A stretch of DNA of 64,000 nucleotides from Candidatus Nomurabacteria bacterium (GCA_963834935.1 CAWIDS010000001.1:139524-203523); one strand, 5' to 3'; shown: positions 39,910-53,556, numbered from the stretch's first letter. Notes: generated from the sequence alone by a model not told the origin. Made by a program: numbers and translations.

Positions 39910-41250
39910 TTATCGACCTGTCCTCGAAAGGAGGGTGCGGATAGTCTTGAAGATGATATTGAGATCAAGGACAAGCGAGCGATTCTTCACGTAGTAGATG
40001 TCGTATGCCAAGCGGAGCTTGGTCTCCTCAAGCGACTGGGGGGGTAATTCCTGGCTAACTTGCGCCCAGCCTGAAAGGCCTGGCTTTATGGTATTCCGCA
40101 CCGTGTAATAAGGAATGGTTGAGGAAAGTTCCATGCCAAGATCGTAAATATCGGGACGAGGGCCGATGAGCGATATGCTTCCCACAAGCACATTCCAAAG
40201 CTGAGGCAATTCATCAATACGCGATTTTCTGAGGAACTTCCCTACTCGAGTGATGCGATCATCCTTCTCCTTCACCCAAATCCCCCGGTCATTGGTCTTC
40301 ATCGTGCGAAATTTCAATATGCTTATTTTCTTCCCTCCTTGACCGATGCGCTCCTGAACAATGAAGATCGCTCCTCCGTCATCGAGCTTGATGGCCGCAG
40401 CGATAAACGGAGTAAGCAGGAGCGTCACTATTCCACCGATAAAAGAAAGGACGATGTCTGTCAGCCTCTTCAGGAAATCATAGAACAGCTTCGGCGATGA
40501 AGTGGCATTTTCCAGGAACCAGTCATAATAAAGGATAGTGAAGGGGATGCGCTTGAAGACATCTTCGTACACCTTATACATCGAGATGAAGCGGATATTG
40601 GAGAAAATTAGGCTGTACATCTTCGAGAGCACTGGCTTCACTTTTTCATTCTCGAGATCGATGATGATAAGAGAGATATTCTTTTCCTTGATGGCTGCGG
40701 CCATATCCTTTTCGAAATCAAGCGCAGCCATTCCCGCCAGGTTGATATGCGAAGCGAAATGCAATCCGTAGTGAATATTCTTGTTCACTTCGTCGTACAA
40801 CTCATCCATCTCCCTACCTGTGCCTATGATCATGGCGTTCTCAGTCGGCTTGACGATGAAATAAGAAGAAAGGGAAAGCCTCCAGAATACAATCAGCGCC
40901 AGCGAGACCGCCAAGTAAATGAAGAGGTTGGTCTTCGGCGCGATTCCAAAATAAGGCACGAAGTAGAAGAAGAGCACTGCCACGATCGAATTGATGAGCT
41001 GGGCCCGGAAAATGATGTGAGGAAGCCTGCTCTTGAGGATAACGGTATGCTTCTCGTAAAGGCCGGCTATGAAGAAGATCATCAGCGAGCTTATGAAAAG
41101 CAGCGAGAAAGGCGAAAGGTAATAGAAGAAAAGGCCGGCGCTCGGAAGCTTGCCGGACCTCAGGAAAAGCATGAAATAGAGCGATAAGGCGAGGAAGACA
41201 AGGTCGCCGAGAAACAGTATGAACGGCTCGCGGCGATTGGATATATACAT
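39910..41250 (-). CDS. Polyprenyl-phosphate sugar phosphotransferase (bacterial sugar transferase, WbaP/WcaJ-like)
   Basis: It has an N-terminal TM block and a C-terminal domain with KFRTM...DELPQLWNVLVGSISLIGPRPD. I set the start at MYISNRREPF (41250), not the track's 41388. Confidence 0.8.
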   Translation of the reverse strand: MYISNRREPFILFLGDLVFLALSLYFMLFLRSGKLPSAGLFFYYLSPFSLLFISSLMIFFIAGLYEKHTVILKSRLPHIIFRAQLINSIVAVLFFYFVPYFGIAPKTNLFIYLAVSLALIVFWRLSLSSYFIVKPTENAMIIGTGREMDELYDEVNKNIHYGLHFASHINLAGMAALDFEKDMAAAIKEKNISLIIIDLENEKVKPVLSKMYSLIFSNIRFISMYKVYEDVFKRIPFTILYYDWFLENATSSPKLFYDFLKRLTDIVLSFIGGIVTLLLTPFIAAAIKLDDGGAIFIVQERIGQGGKKISILKFRTMKTNDRGIWVKEKDDRITRVGKFLRKSRIDELPQLWNVLVGSISLIGPRPDIYDLGMELSSTIPYYTVRNTIKPGLSGWAQVSQELPPQSLEETKLRLAYDIYYVKNRSLVLDLNIIFKTIRTLLSRTGR

Positions 41251-41289
41251 GGGGATGATGATACAATAATAAGGCTTACACCGCAAAAC

Positions 41290-42450
41290 ATGGAACCGAC
41301 CACCCGAAAGAAAATACTTTTCGTCATTACCAAATCGAATTGGGGCGGAGCGCAGCGTTATGTCTACGACCTTGCTACTTCCCTGCACCGCGACGAGTTC
41401 GAAGTCGAAGTGATCGTCGGCGGAAACGGAACACTCAAGGACAAGCTCGAAGGAGAAGCTATTCCCGTCACTGTACTTTCTTCGTTGGAACGAGATGTCA
41501 ACATCAAGAAGGAATGGGCTTCAGCTAAAGAGCTTTATAGGCTGTTCAAGGAGAAGAAGCCTGACATCGTCCACCTCAACAGCTCGAAAGCGGGAGGAAT
41601 CGGAGCGTTCGTTGCCCGACTTGCCGGAGTGAAGAATATTGTCTTCACCGCGCATGGCTGGGCTTTCAACGAGGACCGCAGCCTGCCCTCAAAGGCATCC
41701 ATTGCTCTTCTGCACTGGCTTACCATCATCTTTTCCCATACTACCATTGCCGTTTCCGAAGCAACTAAGGAGCAGATTGCAGGCTTCCCTTTTGTGAGAA
41801 ATAAGATGGTGGTGGTACATTCAGGCATAAAGCCTTTCGACCTGGTGACAGCCCAGGATGCACGCGCATTTCTCAGGGAAAAAGATGTCACAGGAATTCA
41901 TCTTAAGAAAAAAGAAATCATCATAGGAATGCTTGCCGAGCTCCACCCCATAAAGGGAATACTGTTCGCCATCGACGCCATTTCACTGCTCAAGGAAAAA
42001 CACCCTTCGGTACACCTTTACGTGCTTGGTGAAGGAGGACAAAGGGAAATCCTGGAAAAGCATATAGAAAAGCGCCGGCTCAAGGAACATGTTTCCTTGC
42101 TCGGCTTCGTCGAGAACGGCAAGAAATATCTGAAGGCATTCGATGTCTTTCTCATGGCCTCATTGTCCGAAGCGCTCGCCTATGCCGTCCTTGAGGCAGG
42201 AATGGCGGGCCTTCCGGTGGTGGCAACTGATGTCGGGGGCATTCCGGAGATCATCGAGGATGCAGGCATCATCGTGCCAAGCAGAAATGCCCGAGCGATC
42301 GCTGAGGCCATCGAGAAAATACTCTCGTCAAAAGATGAGAAAAAGAGATACGCGCGCGATCTGCAGAAGCGCATTAAGGATCACTTCTCTACCGAGACCA
42401 TGCACCAGAATACCCTCGCTATCTATAGGCGCCAAAAAATTCATTCTTAG
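41290..42450 (+). CDS. Glycosyltransferase family 4 (GT-B, Glycos_transf_1)
   Basis: 386 aa, with a WGGAQRY N-terminal motif and a C-terminal EAGMAGLPVVATDVGGIPE motif. Confidence 0.8.
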   Translation: MEPTTRKKILFVITKSNWGGAQRYVYDLATSLHRDEFEVEVIVGGNGTLKDKLEGEAIPVTVLSSLERDVNIKKEWASAKELYRLFKEKKPDIVHLNSSKAGGIGAFVARLAGVKNIVFTAHGWAFNEDRSLPSKASIALLHWLTIIFSHTTIAVSEATKEQIAGFPFVRNKMVVVHSGIKPFDLVTAQDARAFLREKDVTGIHLKKKEIIIGMLAELHPIKGILFAIDAISLLKEKHPSVHLYVLGEGGQREILEKHIEKRRLKEHVSLLGFVENGKKYLKAFDVFLMASLSEALAYAVLEAGMAGLPVVATDVGGIPEIIEDAGIIVPSRNARAIAEAIEKILSSKDEKKRYARDLQKRIKDHFSTETMHQNTLAIYRRQKIHS

Positions 42451-43543
42451 TGACATCCTTGTGTGCAGGACGGGAATATTTTCTCATGCTCATAAGGATG
42501 CCAAGCCCTGCGAATTCCGTAATGAGGTGAGATCCGCCATAACTCATGAATGGAACAGTGATTCCTGTCACAGGCAAAAGCCCCATATTCATCCCCACAT
42601 TGATGACGAAATGGCTGACGAAGAAGATAGAAAGGCCGGCACCGAAAAGGAACTCGAAATTGCTCGAGCCTTTCAGGGAGTTTTCCAATATGCGATAGAT
42701 GATAAGGCTGAAGATTATGAAGACGAGGCACGAGCCGATGAATCCCCATTCCTCAGAAAAGGCGGCGAAGATGAAATCAGTCTGATATTCAGGAAGGAAG
42801 TTCAGCCGTGATTGCGTTCCATAGCCTATTCCCTTTCCGAGCAGCTGCCCAGAGCCGACCGTAATGGTGGACTGATAGGCGTTGTATCCGCTTCCTCTTA
42901 CATCCGCCAATGGATGGATGAAGTTCAGGATGCGCTCCTTCTGATATTCCTTGAAGCCGAAGTGCCAGAGGCCGGCAAAAGAGATCGCTCCGACCATGAA
43001 TACGAAGAAAAGGTGCCTCTTCGAAATGCCGGATACGAGCACCATGCCGAGCCAGATGAAGAAGATAATGATTGCCGAGCCGAGATCCGGATGTACCAGG
43101 ATGAGCAGAAACATAATGAGGGCATATACTCCTGACACGATGATGTGGCGTACGTCGGCAATCTCGATATGCCGCCGCGAGAAATATTTTGCCAGAAGAA
43201 GAATGAGCACCAGCTTAGAGGGATCGGATGGCTGTATCGAGAAAAAGCCGAACTTAAACCAACTTTGCGCTCCCTTCGAAGCATGTCCGAGGACGAAAAG
43301 AAGAAGGAGCGAGACGCAGGAAACGATGAAGAAGATAGTGATGATCTCTGTCTTCTTGAGGAAGCGGACATCGATGATGCTTAAGACAAAAAAGACTATC
43401 AATGATACGGCTATCCACATCAGCTGCTTTGACAGGTAGTGGTTCTGGCCGGTAAAGGAATTCATCGTCACAAGCCCTGCCCCGAGCAAAGGAAAGGTCA
43501 GTAGAAGCAATATCCAGTCGATATGGGCAAAACGCTTGAGCAT
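42419..43543 (-). CDS. SEDS-family peptidoglycan polymerase (FtsW/RodA)
   Basis: 374 aa, about 10 TM, with the FtsW/RodA/SpoVE topology and motifs (VTMNSF..., PEYQTDFIFAAFSEEWGF). Confidence 0.8.
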   Translation of the reverse strand: MLKRFAHIDWILLLLTFPLLGAGLVTMNSFTGQNHYLSKQLMWIAVSLIVFFVLSIIDVRFLKKTEIITIFFIVSCVSLLLLFVLGHASKGAQSWFKFGFFSIQPSDPSKLVLILLLAKYFSRRHIEIADVRHIIVSGVYALIMFLLILVHPDLGSAIIIFFIWLGMVLVSGISKRHLFFVFMVGAISFAGLWHFGFKEYQKERILNFIHPLADVRGSGYNAYQSTITVGSGQLLGKGIGYGTQSRLNFLPEYQTDFIFAAFSEEWGFIGSCLVFIIFSLIIYRILENSLKGSSNFEFLFGAGLSIFFVSHFVINVGMNMGLLPVTGITVPFMSYGGSHLITEFAGLGILMSMRKYSRPAHKDVTKNEFFGAYR

Positions 43544-43565
43544 GGCGCTATCTTATCACAGCGCG

Positions 43566-44954
43566 TTATTGAGGCGTAATGCTCGACACTATCTCGAGCG
43601 AAGTAGGCTTTCTGACGCACATCTTGGTACCGATCTCATGATAGACATTCGAAACATCCTGGACAGTCGGAGCGGAATAGAAATCAGTGGAAGTCGAAGC
43701 CAGACCAGCAAGAAAATTCTTATCTACGGCCTTTCCGAAACCGATAGTGAAGATCCTGATGCCTGCAGCCTTTATCTTGTTTGCGACAGACATGGCATAA
43801 TCCGAAGCATAATTCGGACTACCGCTCTTTGTCGGAAGATCGGGGACACCGTCAGTAAGGAGGATCAGCACTTGGCCTGACGTGGCATTATGCGCCGAGG
43901 AAAGAAGCTCTTGCCCCCCCTTGAGGAGGCCATCGCCGATATTGGTGTTCTGAGTATAAATGTTGCTGCTTTGGATGGAAATGGCATCAATGGAGCTTTT
44001 TGCTGAAGTGAAATTGCCCGTCAACGGCTGGTCCGCCGGCGTGCTTGCGGTGTTTGAAAATGAAACGACAGCCACTTGATCGTTGGGGGAGAGCTCATCA
44101 ACGAAGCTGTCAGCGGCATCCTTGATATCAGTCAGCGGCTCAGGAGGATTCTTTTGCACGAATGCCATGCTGCCCGAACGGTCGATTACCAAAGAAGTAT
44201 CTACCGGAGACTCGCACTCGCGGGACTTAAGCGATATGGGAAGCGGCCAGGTGAAAGTGACATTGGCTGTGGCTTCGGCCTTTATGGAATCAACTTTAGT
44301 CTGTGATACTTGCACTACATTCCCCTGATCGTCATAAATGAGAGCGTATAAAGTGAGATTATTTATATCTGAAATATTCCTGTTCTCCAAGGTAGCATCG
44401 AGCCGAGGCAGCGTATCGGCATCCGTGAGCTGCTTGTCGGTGATGGTCACTGCAGGCTCGACATAAGTCGATTTCTGCCAATCAGGAGCCTGGGTCAACT
44501 GGAAATTGACATTCTCAGGAATGCCCGAAGGTATGGAAATCGTCCCTTCGAAGATGATGAATGACGAATGAGAAGGGATGAATGTCGTTCCGTCCCTTTT
44601 GGCAAGGATATTTCCACTGGAATCAGAAAGAGTGAACTCATAAGGAACGTTTGAAGCGATCGTATCATCGTTCGGATTCTCAAGACGCGCGACTGCCGAA
44701 TAGACCCCGTCGCGGATCTTGAATATCTTCACCCAGTCGACGATAGCATCCTTGGTAGCATCGGGACAGATCCTTGAGCATATGCCTCCGCAATCGACAC
44801 CTGTCTCGTTCTGGTCCTGGATGCCATCGGAACAGGTTGCAGGCTTGTCGAAGATGTAATAAAAACCCGCTCCAAAAAGGGCCACGATCAGTATTCCGAT
44901 ACACGTCAAGATCGTTATCTGCCTTCGTCGTGCCCAGGTAAGTTGGATAGCCAT
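43566..44954 (-). CDS. Membrane-anchored von Willebrand factor A domain protein with an N-terminal Cys-rich module
   Basis: It has an N-terminal TM, then CSDGIQDQNETGVDCGGICSRIC, then a C-terminal VWA/MIDAS-like motif (DTSLVIDRSGSM). Confidence 0.65.
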   Translation of the reverse strand: MAIQLTWARRRQITILTCIGILIVALFGAGFYYIFDKPATCSDGIQDQNETGVDCGGICSRICPDATKDAIVDWVKIFKIRDGVYSAVARLENPNDDTIASNVPYEFTLSDSSGNILAKRDGTTFIPSHSSFIIFEGTISIPSGIPENVNFQLTQAPDWQKSTYVEPAVTITDKQLTDADTLPRLDATLENRNISDINNLTLYALIYDDQGNVVQVSQTKVDSIKAEATANVTFTWPLPISLKSRECESPVDTSLVIDRSGSMAFVQKNPPEPLTDIKDAADSFVDELSPNDQVAVVSFSNTASTPADQPLTGNFTSAKSSIDAISIQSSNIYTQNTNIGDGLLKGGQELLSSAHNATSGQVLILLTDGVPDLPTKSGSPNYASDYAMSVANKIKAAGIRIFTIGFGKAVDKNFLAGLASTSTDFYSAPTVQDVSNVYHEIGTKMCVRKPTSLEIVSSITPQ

Positions 44955-44955
44955 G

Positions 44956-45312
44956 TTATTTGATGAATTCCCTTCTTAATACGAAAAGGCTGACAGTGAC
45001 GAATGCCGATAGCGAAAGAAAAGTGACGGCTGACATCACCAGTGCGCTTGAAAGCAGCGTCCGCGAATTGCTGATAACGAAATTGAAGATGAGATACGCC
45101 TGGAAAAAGATTCCCAGATGCGGCGCCCATTTTTTCCTCTTCACGAGGCCGTAAGCGATGAAGAAATGGACGAAGGCGATGAAGAAGCTATAGATCAGGC
45201 TCACATAAGCGCCGAGAAGGTAGCTAGCATAAGCTGAGAATATGAAGATGATGCCCTCGGACACGAACACAAAGGAAAGAAGCCATGTAAAGAATTGGAT
45301 GTGTTTCTTCAT
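44956..45312 (-). CDS. Small hypothetical membrane protein (118 aa, 4 TM)
   Basis: A hydrophobic ORF directly downstream of 5S. Confidence 0.45.
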   Translation of the reverse strand: MKKHIQFFTWLLSFVFVSEGIIFIFSAYASYLLGAYVSLIYSFFIAFVHFFIAYGLVKRKKWAPHLGIFFQAYLIFNFVISNSRTLLSSALVMSAVTFLSLSAFVTVSLFVLRREFIK

Positions 45313-45354
45313 GGCTTAATTCTAGCACAAAGCGAGGCTTCAATTAAATGTTTT

Positions 45355-45466
45355 GTTCTGGCGACTAGCTACTTTCCCCTCCAAAAGAGTATCATCGCCT
45401 CAAGAGAGCTTAACTGCTGAGTTCGGAATGAGATCAGGTGTGGCCTCTCCGACGAATCACCAGAAC
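45355..45466 (-). rRNA. 5S ribosomal RNA
   Basis: Minus-strand reading: GTTCTGGTGATTCGTCGGAGAGGCCACACCTGATCTCATTCCGAACTCAGCAGTTAAGCTCTC...GCCAGAAC. The CCGAACTCAG core and the complementary termini are present. Confidence 0.85.
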
Positions 45467-45559
45467 AAAAAATTCAATTTTATGGAAGAATTGGGCTTCC
45501 ATGGTCTTTCAAATCGGTAAAACTAGATCAAACATAATTGTGGCCCTCAAATTTCCTAA

Positions 45560-48850
<3,291 letters not shown>

Positions 48851-48923
48851 TTAGGAAATTTAAAGACCACAATTATGTTTTATCTATCTTTACCTGCTAT
48901 CATCCGCCTCCACAAGAAAAGAC

Positions 48924-48952
48924 CTTAACGTGTGGCGGAATTCGGTTGTCAA
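48924..48952 (-). promoter_or_regulatory. Candidate sigma70-type promoter for the 23S-5S transcript (-35 TTGACA, weak -10)
   Basis: The minus strand reads cattTTGACAaccgaattccgccacacGTTAAGgtc about 75 nt upstream of the 23S 5' end. The -35 is perfect and the -10 is poor. Confidence 0.3.
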
Positions 48953-48988
48953 ATGTCAGTCGGTCGGAATCCCTCGTCTTTAAACAAA

Positions 48989-49013
48989 AGACCGCTCTTT
49001 TGAAGCGGTCTCT
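48989..49013 (-). terminator. Rho-independent terminator for the 49120..49803 gene
   Basis: On the minus strand, AGACCGC-UUCAAAAG-AGCGGUCU then UUUGUUU. Confidence 0.55.
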
Positions 49014-49119
49014 TGAACAACGATCTTTTTCAGACGTTATTCGAGTCGCTTAAAGATGAAGGTTTTTAACATATTCGGGATGTAAAAGAGAGTATATATG
49101 ATGCAAAATAAATGTCAAA

Positions 49120-49803
49120 TTATCTTTCTGAAACGTCCTTTTTGACCTTTTCTATAAGCGCTGAGGCATGCTGCTGGCCACCCAATCCGAAGGCTATTCC
49201 GAAGGCGATGGCACCTGCTACCACTACTCCAGTAAAGAGGATCCTGATAAGGTCAGCGGCTATATGGAGCTGTATGAGAACCGCAAGGATGGCGAATATC
49301 CAGATGATCCACTTGGTGAAGCTGCCGAGGAAATTAGCCGCTTTGAAATGAGCTGCCCCCGCCGACGCCCGGACGATCTTCTGCATAGCATCGCCGATGA
49401 GAGCTGCAACAAGAAGCATGAGGACGGCAATTATGACTTGAGGAAGATAGGCGACGACTACTTCAGCAAGAAAATAATTAACATCAGAAAGGCCGAGGAC
49501 CTGAAGCGAAGAAACAAGGAAAAGGACAATGATGAACCATTTGACCAATGATCCGATGAACCGGCCAGAGTTCAGAGTAATGCCGCCGCGATGAAGGGGC
49601 TCTTCGATTCCTGCTTTCTTCAAGGCTTCATCGACCTTGAGGGTCTTGAAGATATGCTCGATTAATTTTGCCAAAAAGATGCCAATGATCCAACCGATGA
49701 TGAATATGACGATCGCAATTATAAGCTCAGCCGCAACATTGACGATTGCCGGCCAAAGGGTCTGGAACGATGAAGCAAAAGTACTTCCGTATGTTGTAAA
49801 CAT
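49120..49803 (-). CDS. Membrane protein with two conserved-TM-helix repeats (MscS N-terminal-like)
   Basis: 227 aa with an internal duplication of a TM hairpin. It resembles the TM_helix repeat family. Confidence 0.5.
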   Translation of the reverse strand: MFTTYGSTFASSFQTLWPAIVNVAAELIIAIVIFIIGWIIGIFLAKLIEHIFKTLKVDEALKKAGIEEPLHRGGITLNSGRFIGSLVKWFIIVLFLVSSLQVLGLSDVNYFLAEVVVAYLPQVIIAVLMLLVAALIGDAMQKIVRASAGAAHFKAANFLGSFTKWIIWIFAILAVLIQLHIAADLIRILFTGVVVAGAIAFGIAFGLGGQQHASALIEKVKKDVSER

Positions 49804-49846
49804 GGTGTTAATTTAACTATTAATCCTGACCTCCCTATTATACCAT

Positions 49847-50422
49847 TTATTCGATGCCTATCTTGTCGTAGGCGACGCGATGTGGATAGTCCAAAACATC
49901 GCGCACAAGTCTGTCTCCGACGCTCAGGCGGTAAGTGAAATCATCGCTATTAAGGACTGCGTAACGCAGTTCTCTTCCTATCTCCGCTTCAAATTTCTTC
50001 ATCACAGCATGAAGGGCTTCCTTGTTTATACTGTTGGCGATGATGAGCAGGTCGGCGCGCGATTCAGGATGATTGATGAATATTCCCGAAAGGATGACGC
50101 TCTTAAGCTTGCAGACTTTGCCGAGCTTCTTCACTATCTCGTCATGGCCGGCGGCAATGGTGTGTGACATCAATTCCTTGATAGGCTTTATGTAGATGAA
50201 GCTTTCATCGAGATACCAATGCTTCTGCTTGCCCCTGTATACCTTCTTCTTGATAAGCTTTATCTTTGCAAGCAACGCCACTTCCTTGCGAGCTTGCGCG
50301 AGCGAAATGCGCGAGCGGAGAGCGACAGCCTTAATATCGAAGATATGCTCAGGATTGAATATGAAAAGCCTCATGACTTTGACCTTGGATGCTCCGCCGA
50401 AAAGTTTTTCAAGTGTTTCCAT
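49847..50422 (-). CDS. Hypothetical protein with an N-terminal winged-helix-like region
   Basis: About 190 aa starting at METLEKLF. Lys-rich N-terminal HTH-like segment. No family recognised. Confidence 0.45.
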   Translation of the reverse strand: METLEKLFGGASKVKVMRLFIFNPEHIFDIKAVALRSRISLAQARKEVALLAKIKLIKKKVYRGKQKHWYLDESFIYIKPIKELMSHTIAAGHDEIVKKLGKVCKLKSVILSGIFINHPESRADLLIIANSINKEALHAVMKKFEAEIGRELRYAVLNSDDFTYRLSVGDRLVRDVLDYPHRVAYDKIGIE

Positions 50423-50452
50423 GGCTGAATTGTAACACAATCATAGACAAAC

Positions 50453-50479
50453 AAAAAAGGCCCTCTCGGGGCCTTTTTT
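50453..50479. terminator. Bidirectional rho-independent terminator after rplL
   Basis: aaaaaa-ggccc-tctcg-gggcc-tttttt. Confidence 0.75.
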
Positions 50480-50501
50480 GGCATTTCTGCGCTATTGGAG
50501 A

Positions 50502-50909
50502 CTATTTCAGTTCTACCTTTCCTCCAGCTTCTTCGATTTTCTTCTTGAGCTCTTCCGCTTCCTCTTTCTTCATTCCCTCCTTGAGCATTGCAGGAGCGGC
50601 GTCTACGATATCCTTGGCTTCCTTGAGTCCTAGGCCGAGGACTTCCTTGACGATCTTGATGATTCCGATCTTCGAAGTTCCGGCATCCTTGAGCTCGACA
50701 TTGAATGTCGATTTCTCTTCGGCTGCAGGTCCCGCTGCGGCTGGGCCTGCTACGGCGACAGCCTGGGCTGAGACTCCGAATTTCTTCTCGAGGAACTTCA
50801 CGAGCTGGTGAAGCTCAAGCACTGACATCTTTTCGATCGCTTCGACGACTAGCTTGAATTCTGCGGGAGTAGCGATGACTTCTGCAGGAGTAGTTGTTTC
50901 TTCAGGCAT
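50502..50909 (-). CDS. rplL: 50S ribosomal protein L7/L12
   Basis: 135 aa with an Ala/Pro hinge and the C-terminal [40 protein letters not shown]. Confidence 0.93.
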   Translation of the reverse strand: MPEETTTPAEVIATPAEFKLVVEAIEKMSVLELHQLVKFLEKKFGVSAQAVAVAGPAAAGPAAEEKSTFNVELKDAGTSKIGIIKIVKEVLGLGLKEAKDIVDAAPAMLKEGMKKEEAEELKKKIEEAGGKVELK

Positions 50910-50942
50910 GATAATTTTATTTTTTAATGGGTGTGTTAATAA

Positions 50943-51431
50943 TTAAGATTTCTTCTTGGCGACGGCGTTCAGTGCAATGACCAATCCCTGGATAGGAGAA
51001 TTGATGAGATTGACGAACTGACCGTAAAGGATATGTAGCGATGGAATGGCCGCGATCGAGAGCATGCTTTCCTTATCTTGATATGAACCTTCGAAGATTC
51101 CTCCGAGGATGGAAAGCTTGCCGTCGAACTTCTTCTGGAACTGGAAGACTTCACGTGCAGGAGCAAGGGCATCTGCTGAATAAGCGAGAGCTACTTCCCC
51201 TTCAAGAACGGGAAGAATTCCTTCCAATTTCTGTCCTTCAAGGGCCTTCTCGGTAATTGTCTTCTTGGCGACGAAATAGCCTACTCCGTTTGCGCGGAGA
51301 GCCTTCCTCATTTCGCTCGAGTCCTTGACTGATAGTCCGTGAAAATTAACAAAGACCAGCGAGCTCGACTCGGAGAGGGTCTTCTTTATCTTTTCGAGGA
51401 CTTCCTTCTTTTTTTCTTTTGTTATTGGCAT
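50943..51431 (-). CDS. rplJ: 50S ribosomal protein L10
   Basis: MPITKEKKKEVLEKIKKTL...VFVNFHGLSV is the L10 N-terminus. The start is probably the second Met of the track ORF. Confidence 0.9.
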   Translation of the reverse strand: MPITKEKKKEVLEKIKKTLSESSSLVFVNFHGLSVKDSSEMRKALRANGVGYFVAKKTITEKALEGQKLEGILPVLEGEVALAYSADALAPAREVFQFQKKFDGKLSILGGIFEGSYQDKESMLSIAAIPSLHILYGQFVNLINSPIQGLVIALNAVAKKKS

Positions 51432-51585
51432 CTGATATATAATGACAGGCAATGATAAACTCGACCAAAGCTCAGACTGAATAAGAGTAACCTCTCTACA
51501 GGGCTTATTGCATTCGCATGCGTGCCTGTGGTCTTTGAAGCTTTATAGGGCCAAATTACAGCAAAAAGAGGGAGAAGTCAAATGA

Positions 51586-51891
51586 TCAGATAGGCATCCC
51601 GAAATTATCTAGAGCATGCTTCAGCATGTGATACACATAAGGGAAAGCGAAAGCGAACCAGATGAAGGCGATGAGAAATTTCCATAGGATAAGCCTGATT
51701 TCGGGTGTATCACCTTTGCTGCTGAAGTACGACAATCTAATCAGGAAATAAATGCTTGCCAGGAAGCTTAGCGGAACGCTTGCGATCATCACTATCCAAT
51801 AACCTTCGTCTCCATATAATATGTGCGCCGCGAGCAGGCCGGGTGCCAGAAGAATTTGAAGCCATGCCAGGCAGATATCTATTTTTTTCAT
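51586..51891 (-). CDS. Small hypothetical membrane protein (101 aa, 3 TM)
   Basis: A hydrophobic ORF upstream of the rplJ leader. Confidence 0.45.
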   Translation of the reverse strand: MKKIDICLAWLQILLAPGLLAAHILYGDEGYWIVMIASVPLSFLASIYFLIRLSYFSSKGDTPEIRLILWKFLIAFIWFAFAFPYVYHMLKHALDNFGMPI

Positions 51892-51904
51892 TTGTTTATT
51901 TTTC

Positions 51905-53524
51905 TTAAATCAGATCAAGGACATTGTCAATCATATCCGTGATTTCAGATCTTTGATCTTCAGTGAATTTTCTTGATTTCCACCTCTTGTCATTTATCTC
52001 TCGCAAGAGGAGCTTGAGCCTTAAGCTTGCATTTTTCATCCTGTCCTTGCTTATTGATTTTACGACACTATCTATCTTCTTTTCCAGCTGATTTTCCACA
52101 TTCGCCTTCAGGCCGAAACCCGCCAGCATCTTCTTTATCATGCCAAGATAGGTAACAGGGTCGATATCCGTATTTGGTTTCAAGGCGAAATCATCTTTTC
52201 CGTCGCCGTCCGCATCCACCATAAGAGTAGTCGATGTGGATTGCGGTGATATTGATACTTCAGCTTTGGTCTCATCTGTCATCGGTATGTCGGCGAACTC
52301 TGTCGTCGTCGACACATCACCGATCGTCTTACTTATGTCGAGAGTGAATGTGCCTATGCCATTGCCCTGAAGCCTGATTGTCGAATTGTTTGACCCGTCC
52401 AGGATGACATGGCTTTCTGCGCCAGATTGCTCGTATGAGCTATTGGGGATATTCTGCTCTGCCAAGACAAGATCTGAATTCGGATCAGGATTGGCGATGA
52501 TGCCGGTATGATTTCCTTTCGAATCATAGGCGTCAAGCGATACAGGAGACTGCACGCTTACGTCCAGATTGGCAAAAGGAACTTCGGCAGGCTTCGATGA
52601 AGAGACATCTGCAATCGTGCTTGTCGAACCCGTAATGAGACCTTTAAGGATGGAAAAGGTTGCAGGAGCTTCGAATATCGTAGAATGATCGTAATTGCTG
52701 TTCGCAGATTGATTGATATCCTTGAGGTTGATGAAATAATTTCCTGTCGACGAAGAGAGGGTTGTCGCGCTCGGACTCACTACCGTACCATCTCCATCGA
52801 GCGTCTTCATGTTTGAATGATCGAGAGCCAAGCCGGTATTGCCGATGCAGATGAAGAATGTTATCGCGCAATGGCTGGTCGCGAAGTATCTTGTGCCGCT
52901 CGTAGTCTGCCTTCCCCACCCCGCGATCTGATAGACATCAGCCGATAATGATGAAATGAAGCTATCAAGGCCTGAGACGGTATTTTTTTCCTTTTGCATC
53001 AGCGTGCTGTTCATTATATTCGGATCTTGAGTATCTGAAGAAGAAGGCTTGCTTCGTCCGTCTTTCCCGATCAGGAAATCTGACAGGCCTCCGACCGTCG
53101 TAATCGAATTCCCGTATTTCTGCCTCAAGTTGCTTATCTGGTCGATGGAAGGATCGAATGTGACCACGGGATTTTTTACCGAATCGAAATAATGAGCCGA
53201 GGGAAGAAGGGCATAGGAATCAGGCATATTCTCACCAAGATTCCTTGCCGTGCTTTTGCTCAATACTAAGCCGGCGCCAAGCTCATTATCATCTCCATGC
53301 AGAAGGACAGGGATAGTTTCTGGCGTTCCGAGTTGAGGAACAGCGACCATTACCAGCTTGTCTATTAAACCGCCTTCGTTCTTTGATTTCAGATCATTGA
53401 TGAGAGCCTTGGCAACCAGGCCTCCATTGCTGTGGGCAATGATGCTCACCTTACCCGTCTTTGATGATGAAGCGGTGCTTTCGATCGAAGATACCATAAC
53501 AGAGGCTGCATCTGCTGGGTCCAT
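51905..53524 (-). CDS. LCAT/PGAP1-like alpha/beta-hydrolase (lipase) domain plus a C-terminal extension; the C-terminal part of a frameshift-split gene
   Basis: It has IIAHSNGGLV (the AxSxG nucleophile elbow). The same frame stays open upstream of the annotated Met and reads ...PGPGTINAWKPLPYDWRMDPADAAS, which contains the LCAT-family YDWR motif. Confidence 0.6.
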   Translation of the reverse strand: MDPADAASVMVSSIESTASSSKTGKVSIIAHSNGGLVAKALINDLKSKNEGGLIDKLVMVAVPQLGTPETIPVLLHGDDNELGAGLVLSKSTARNLGENMPDSYALLPSAHYFDSVKNPVVTFDPSIDQISNLRQKYGNSITTVGGLSDFLIGKDGRSKPSSSDTQDPNIMNSTLMQKEKNTVSGLDSFISSLSADVYQIAGWGRQTTSGTRYFATSHCAITFFICIGNTGLALDHSNMKTLDGDGTVVSPSATTLSSSTGNYFINLKDINQSANSNYDHSTIFEAPATFSILKGLITGSTSTIADVSSSKPAEVPFANLDVSVQSPVSLDAYDSKGNHTGIIANPDPNSDLVLAEQNIPNSSYEQSGAESHVILDGSNNSTIRLQGNGIGTFTLDISKTIGDVSTTTEFADIPMTDETKAEVSISPQSTSTTLMVDADGDGKDDFALKPNTDIDPVTYLGMIKKMLAGFGLKANVENQLEKKIDSVVKSISKDRMKNASLRLKLLLREINDKRWKSRKFTEDQRSEITDMIDNVLDLI

Positions 53525-53556
53525 GCGCCAATCATAAGGAAGAGGCTTCCAGGCAT

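Noticed and set aside
51453-51585. The 133-nt region upstream of rplJ as an L10-leader autoregulatory RNA.
   Set aside because: Position and length are right, but I could not recognise the conserved L10-leader helix motifs by eye. Left uncalled.
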